Assembly: GCA_039801885.1 (NCBI GenBank)
Contig: JBDRVN010000052.1
Coordinates: 1-10,517 of the forward strand
Source of the DNA: a candidate division WOR-3 bacterium
GTDB lineage: Bacteria; Hydrothermota; Tepidihabitantia; Tepidihabitantales; DTDR01
Length of the DNA stretch: 10,517 nt
Direction of reading: 5' to 3'
In this document: positions 7,189 to 10,517 of the stretch, piece by piece
How positions within the stretch are numbered: position 1 is the first letter of the stretch
Layout of the letters: the number at the start of each line of letters is the position of its first letter
Notes under the pieces: model-generated
What the model saw: only the letters and a program-made list of their open reading frames with translations
Database searches by the model: none
Told to the model about the DNA's origin: nothing
Translations under genes and position numbers: made by a program

Positions 7189-8352
7189 TTAGCTCCTTTT
7201 CATTTTATTTATCAAACTGCGGGCATAATTTCTTGCCCAATTTTCTACCTGAATTAATTCTACTAAATTAGGATTTAAAATCTTTTTATGAACTTTTAAT
7301 GTTTTTTTAATTATTTTTATAATATCAGTGAATTTGATATTACCTTTTAAAAAATTTTCTACCGCCACTTCATCAGCACCAACCAAAACCGCCGGTAGCG
7401 AAGTATCTTTTTGTAAAAAATCAACCAATTCTAAAGCAGGAAAATCTTTTTTATTTGGTTTAATTAGGGCTAAATTTAAAGAAAAATCCTTTATTTCGTT
7501 ATCAAAAATATTATAGTTTTTATTTACCATTTTAGAAAGAGCATAAGAAAGGAAAATTTTCATATCTGGTTTCGTTAACATTCCGTAGATAGTTCCATCA
7601 AAATTTTCAATAAGTCCGTGGATTATTCCTTGGGGATGAATAAGAATGTCAATCTTTTCAATTGGTAGGTCAAAGAAATAACTGGTTTCCATTATTTCAA
7701 AAATTTTATTAATGAGGGTTGCGGAATCAATAGTAATTTTTTTACCCATTTTCCAAACAGGATGATGGAGGGCTTCTTTGGGAGTAATTTTGTCTAAATT
7801 TTTTTTGGAAGCAAAAAAATAACCACCAGAAGCAGTAAGAATGACCCTTTTTAGATTTTTATTGCCGAAATTATTTAAAAGGGAATGGATGGCTACCAAT
7901 TCGGAATCAATAGGAATAATTTCTATTCTTTCTTTTTTTGCTAACTGGAAAATGGGAGAACCAAAAGCAACAATCAATTCCTTAGAAGCCAAGGCAATTT
8001 TTTTCCTTTTTTTAATTGCTAAAATTAAGGATTTCAATGATTTTGTCTTGGCAGCAAGAAAGAGAATTCCGTCTACTTCCGGATGGGCAACAATCTCTAA
8101 TAAACCATCTTCACCATAAACAACTTTACAATCTCTCAAAAAATAATTCTCCTTAAAAGTCTTGTAAGCATTAAGATCGTAGATTTGTAAATAGCGGGGC
8201 TTATATTTTTTTACCTGGTTTATTAACAAATCAATATTTTTCTCACAAGAAAGAGCAAAGATGTTAAATTCTCTTTTTAATTTATCAATAACTTCTAATG
8301 CCTGTCTTCCTAAAAATCCGGTAGAGCCAATTATTGCCAAATTTAATTTCAT
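7189..8352 (-). CDS. dxr: 1-deoxy-D-xylulose-5-phosphate reductoisomerase (divergent)
   Basis: GSTG, LASKE, PIDSE, LTASGG, HPVWKMGKKITIDSATLINK..E..E, HPQ..IH, PDM and DEVAV..FL motifs; directly upstream of rseP. Confidence 0.93.
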   Translation of the reverse strand: MKLNLAIIGSTGFLGRQALEVIDKLKREFNIFALSCEKNIDLLINQVKKYKPRYLQIYDLNAYKTFKENYFLRDCKVVYGEDGLLEIVAHPEVDGILFLAAKTKSLKSLILAIKKRKKIALASKELIVAFGSPIFQLAKKERIEIIPIDSELVAIHSLLNNFGNKNLKRVILTASGGYFFASKKNLDKITPKEALHHPVWKMGKKITIDSATLINKIFEIMETSYFFDLPIEKIDILIHPQGIIHGLIENFDGTIYGMLTKPDMKIFLSYALSKMVNKNYNIFDNEIKDFSLNLALIKPNKKDFPALELVDFLQKDTSLPAVLVGADEVAVENFLKGNIKFTDIIKIIKKTLKVHKKILNPNLVELIQVENWARNYARSLINKMKRS

Positions 8353-9008
8353 AATAAATTTTTTATCAATGCCAAGTCTTCTTTCGTAGTAATTTTTATA
8401 TTCTTTTTGTCGCCATCAAAAAGATAAACTTGAAAACCAGCCTTTTCTAAAAAGAAGGAATCATCAGTCCCTTCCCATCTCTCTCTTTTTGCTAATTGAT
8501 AAGCCTTCTTTAAAATTCCAATTTCAAAAAATTGAGGAGTTTGAATCCGATAAATATTTTCTCGGTCTAAAGTGGTAATTACCTTTTTATTAAAAACTAT
8601 TTTTAAGGTATCTTCGCTTTTTATTCCCAATATTACTGCTTTATATTTTTCTACCAATTTGAAACCCCGATTAATAAAATTTGGTGTGATTAATGGTCGG
8701 GAAGCATCGTGGATTGCTACATAGCCCTCATTTGGTAAAAATCTTAATGCCTTCCTAACCGAATGAAAACGTTCTTTTCCGCCAGCGATCACTTTCTTTA
8801 CTTTCTTAAAGGATAATTTTTTAATCCAATACCAAACTTCTCTTCTTTTTTCTCTTAAAGTTACCACAAAAATTTCATCACAAAGGGATTTTTCAAAAGC
8901 TCTTACGGAATAGATAAAGAGAGGGATATTTTTAACAAAAAAAAATTGTTTTAAAAATCCAAACCTTTTTCCCTTACCTGCGGCAAGAATTATGCCATAT
9001 TTTTTCAT
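8349..9008 (-). CDS. ispD: 2-C-methyl-D-erythritol 4-phosphate cytidylyltransferase
   Basis: LAAGKGKRFG..KQF, GGKERFHSV, IHDASRP, QTPQFF, TDD and NIKITT motifs. Coupled to dxr by an ATGA overlap, which favours IspD over TarI. Confidence 0.92.
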   Translation of the reverse strand: MKKYGIILAAGKGKRFGFLKQFFFVKNIPLFIYSVRAFEKSLCDEIFVVTLREKRREVWYWIKKLSFKKVKKVIAGGKERFHSVRKALRFLPNEGYVAIHDASRPLITPNFINRGFKLVEKYKAVILGIKSEDTLKIVFNKKVITTLDRENIYRIQTPQFFEIGILKKAYQLAKRERWEGTDDSFFLEKAGFQVYLFDGDKKNIKITTKEDLALIKNLL

Positions 9009-9997
9009 TTAAAATAGTCAATCTTAATTGCTTGTCGCACTTCTTTTAAAGTTTCTTCGGCAATCTTTTTGGCTTTCTTTGTTCCTTCATAAAGGATTTC
9101 CATCACTTCTTTTTTTCTCTCTTCGTAATATTTTCTTTTCTCGCGGATTGGTTCTAAAATTTGATTAAGAACCTCAATTAATTTCTCTTTACAAGCCACA
9201 CAGCCAATTTTACCCTGCCGACAATTCTCTTCAATCTCTAAATAATTATCTTGATTAAAGGCTTTGTGATAGGTAAAAACAGTGCAAACTTCTGGATGTC
9301 CTAAATCAGTAGGATGGATTCTTTTTGGGTCGGTTACTGCTCTTTTAATTTTTTTACTTATCTCTTCAAAAGAATCGCCCAAATAAATACAGTTACCCAA
9401 ACTTTTGCTCATTTTTGTTCCACCATCTAAACCTGGTAATCGGGGTGTGTGAGACAAAAGAGGCTCTGGTTCCACAAGGACTTCACCATATAATTGGTTA
9501 AATTTTCTCACAATCTTTCTGGTCAATTCAATATGGGGAAGTTGGTCCTCACCAACCGGAACTAAATTTGCCTTACAAAAAGTGATATCGGCTGCCTGAC
9601 TTACCGGATATCCCAAAAATCCATAAGGCATACTTTTTTCAAAATTATACTGTTTTGCTTCGGTTTTAATCGTTGGATTATGAGAAAGTAAATTAACCGA
9701 AACAAGCATTGAATAATAAACCGTAAGTTCGGCAATCTCTGGTATCATTGATTGAATAAAAATAAAAGAGATCTCCGGATCAATTCCGCAAGACAAATTA
9801 TCAATCGCCACTTCTAAGACATCTCTTTTTAATAATTCCGGATGTTCAAAATTTGTTGTTAATGCTTGGACATCAGCAATAATAATAAAAGTTTCGTATT
9901 CCCTTTGTAATTTCACTCGGTTAATAATTGTGCCGACATAATGTCCTAAATGGAGCGGTCCAGTAGGTCGGTCGCCAGTTAAAATCCTTTTTTTCAT
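9005..9997 (-). CDS. trpS: Tryptophan--tRNA ligase
   Basis: TGDRPTGPLHLGH (HIGH motif), YPVSQAADI, VPVGEDQ and KMSKS, plus a four-cysteine cluster in the C-terminal domain. Confidence 0.98.
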   Translation of the reverse strand: MKKRILTGDRPTGPLHLGHYVGTIINRVKLQREYETFIIIADVQALTTNFEHPELLKRDVLEVAIDNLSCGIDPEISFIFIQSMIPEIAELTVYYSMLVSVNLLSHNPTIKTEAKQYNFEKSMPYGFLGYPVSQAADITFCKANLVPVGEDQLPHIELTRKIVRKFNQLYGEVLVEPEPLLSHTPRLPGLDGGTKMSKSLGNCIYLGDSFEEISKKIKRAVTDPKRIHPTDLGHPEVCTVFTYHKAFNQDNYLEIEENCRQGKIGCVACKEKLIEVLNQILEPIREKRKYYEERKKEVMEILYEGTKKAKKIAEETLKEVRQAIKIDYFK

Positions 9998-10004
9998 AAT
10001 TAAT

Positions 10005-10033
10005 ATTATAATTTAGAATTTAAAAATTGTCAA
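10005..10033 (-). promoter_or_regulatory. Perfect consensus sigma70 promoter for the trpS operon
   Basis: Minus strand: TTGACA (10033-10028), 17 nt spacer, TATAAT (10010-10005). Only 7 nt separate the -10 element from the trpS ATG at 9997. Confidence 0.85.
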
Positions 10034-10061
10034 TCTTAATTGACTATCGGCAAGAAAACGA

Positions 10062-10079
10062 AAATCCCGTCAGCCGCTC
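10062..10079 (+). other. tRNA 3'-end-like fragment (tRNA-Gly-like), possible att-site scar
   Basis: AAATCCCGTCAGCCGCTC parses as end of T-loop, T-stem 3' strand CCCGT, acceptor 3' strand CAGCCGC, discriminator T, then C. It is a GC-rich patch in an AT-rich spacer, and no 5' tRNA half is present. Confidence 0.35.
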
Positions 10080-10102
10080 TCTTTTTATTTTTTTAAACTA
10101 AA

Positions 10103-10115
10103 TTTTCAAAGAGCA
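10103..10115 (-). promoter_or_regulatory. boxA-like Nus antitermination motif
   Basis: Minus strand reads TGCTCTTTGAAAA, close to rrn boxA (TGCTCTTTAACA in E. coli; GTTCTTTGAAAA-like in Firmicutes). It is co-oriented with the flanking genes. Confidence 0.45.
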
Positions 10116-10202
10116 AAGAATTTTATTTATTTTAAAATTACAATCTTTTTATTTTCTTTTTCGGTTTTTAGAAAATAAATACTTTTTTTTAGTTTGTTTT
10201 CC

Positions 10203-10517
10203 TTATCTTAAAATCAATATCTTTTTAATTCCTTTTTCGGTTTCCTGAAAGTAAATGCCTTTTTTTAACTTCTTTTCTTTTATAAATTTGCCGGTTATGT
10301 CGTAGATTTTCTTGCCTTCAAAAGAGATATTTTTTGTTCCTTTTGTTATTTCTTTCTCTTCATTTATGCCTGTGCCATAAAACTGATAAATACCTAAACC
10401 AGCCTCATCATCGGCAACATAGGCATAGGAAGAAGAGACATAAACACCATAAGCATAGCCTGGTGTATCATAATAGCCAACCTCCCTTGGATTACTCGGA
10501 TTTGAAATATCTATCAC
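10203..10517 (-). CDS. C-terminus of an LVIVD-repeat protein with a short T9SS/Por-type C-terminal sorting-like tail (5' end outside the window)
   Basis: [38 protein letters not shown] is an LVIVD repeat unit. The tail GINEE...KIYDITGK...LKKGIYF...KKILILR resembles a T9SS type A CTD. The track's GTG 'start' is only the window edge. Confidence 0.85.
   Translation of the reverse strand: MIDISNPSNPREVGYYDTPGYAYGVYVSSSYAYVADDEAGLGIYQFYGTGINEEKEITKGTKNISFEGKKIYDITGKFIKEKKLKKGIYFQETEKGIKKILILR

Noticed and set aside
7328..8119. Two plus-strand ORFs (7328-7516 and 7841-8119)
   Set aside because: Both lie antisense within dxr and are typical shadow frames.
9017..10042. 14 bp direct repeat GTCAATCTTAATTG at 9017-9030 and 10029-10042, flanking most of trpS
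   Set aside because: One copy is inside coding sequence. A single 14-mer match is plausible by chance in 10 kb of AT-rich DNA, and no mobility gene is present.
10050..10072. Minus-strand hairpin GACGGG-ATT-TTCGTT followed by TTCTT as an intrinsic terminator
   Set aside because: The stem depends on three G-U pairs with a 3 nt loop, too weak to call, although not excluded.
9998..10202. T-box, riboswitch, complete tRNA or CRISPR array upstream of trpS
   Set aside because: No T-box consensus, no recognisable aptamer, no full cloverleaf and no repeat-spacer periodicity.
1..10517. Alternative genetic code or selenocysteine read-through
   Set aside because: TGA codons fall at the expected protein ends within ATGA overlaps, and all recognised genes are full length under the standard bacterial code.

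Overview
AT-rich, gene-dense bacterial window read with the standard genetic code. It is probably from an anaerobic FCB-group lineage such as WOR-3; this is an inference from the LVIVD-repeat protein with a short T9SS-type C-terminal tail. From left to right: the 3' end of an FtsE/LolD-like ABC ATPase coupled to an ArsP/DUF318 permease with a Cys/His-rich loop; an unannotated, frameshifted remnant of a hemerythrin-domain gene; kbl (minus strand); a symmetric bidirectional sigma70 promoter; a plus-strand operon (UbiA-family polyprenyl-phosphate phosphoribosyltransferase-like gene, DUF362 gene, NifU-domain gene); a converging minus-strand operon trpS-ispD-dxr-rseP-[divergent B12/radical SAM-like gene] with a perfect consensus promoter that appears to give a leaderless mRNA; an intergenic region with a boxA-like motif and a tRNA 3'-end-like fragment; and the 3' end of an LVIVD-repeat secreted protein. 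No CRISPR array, transposase or complete RNA gene is visible. The best leads are the radical SAM homolog with a non-canonical CxCx7C motif, the UbiA-DUF362-NifU operon, the probable Fe-S TrpRS, and a Dxr with unusual substitutions. All family assignments come from motif recognition by eye; no searches were run.
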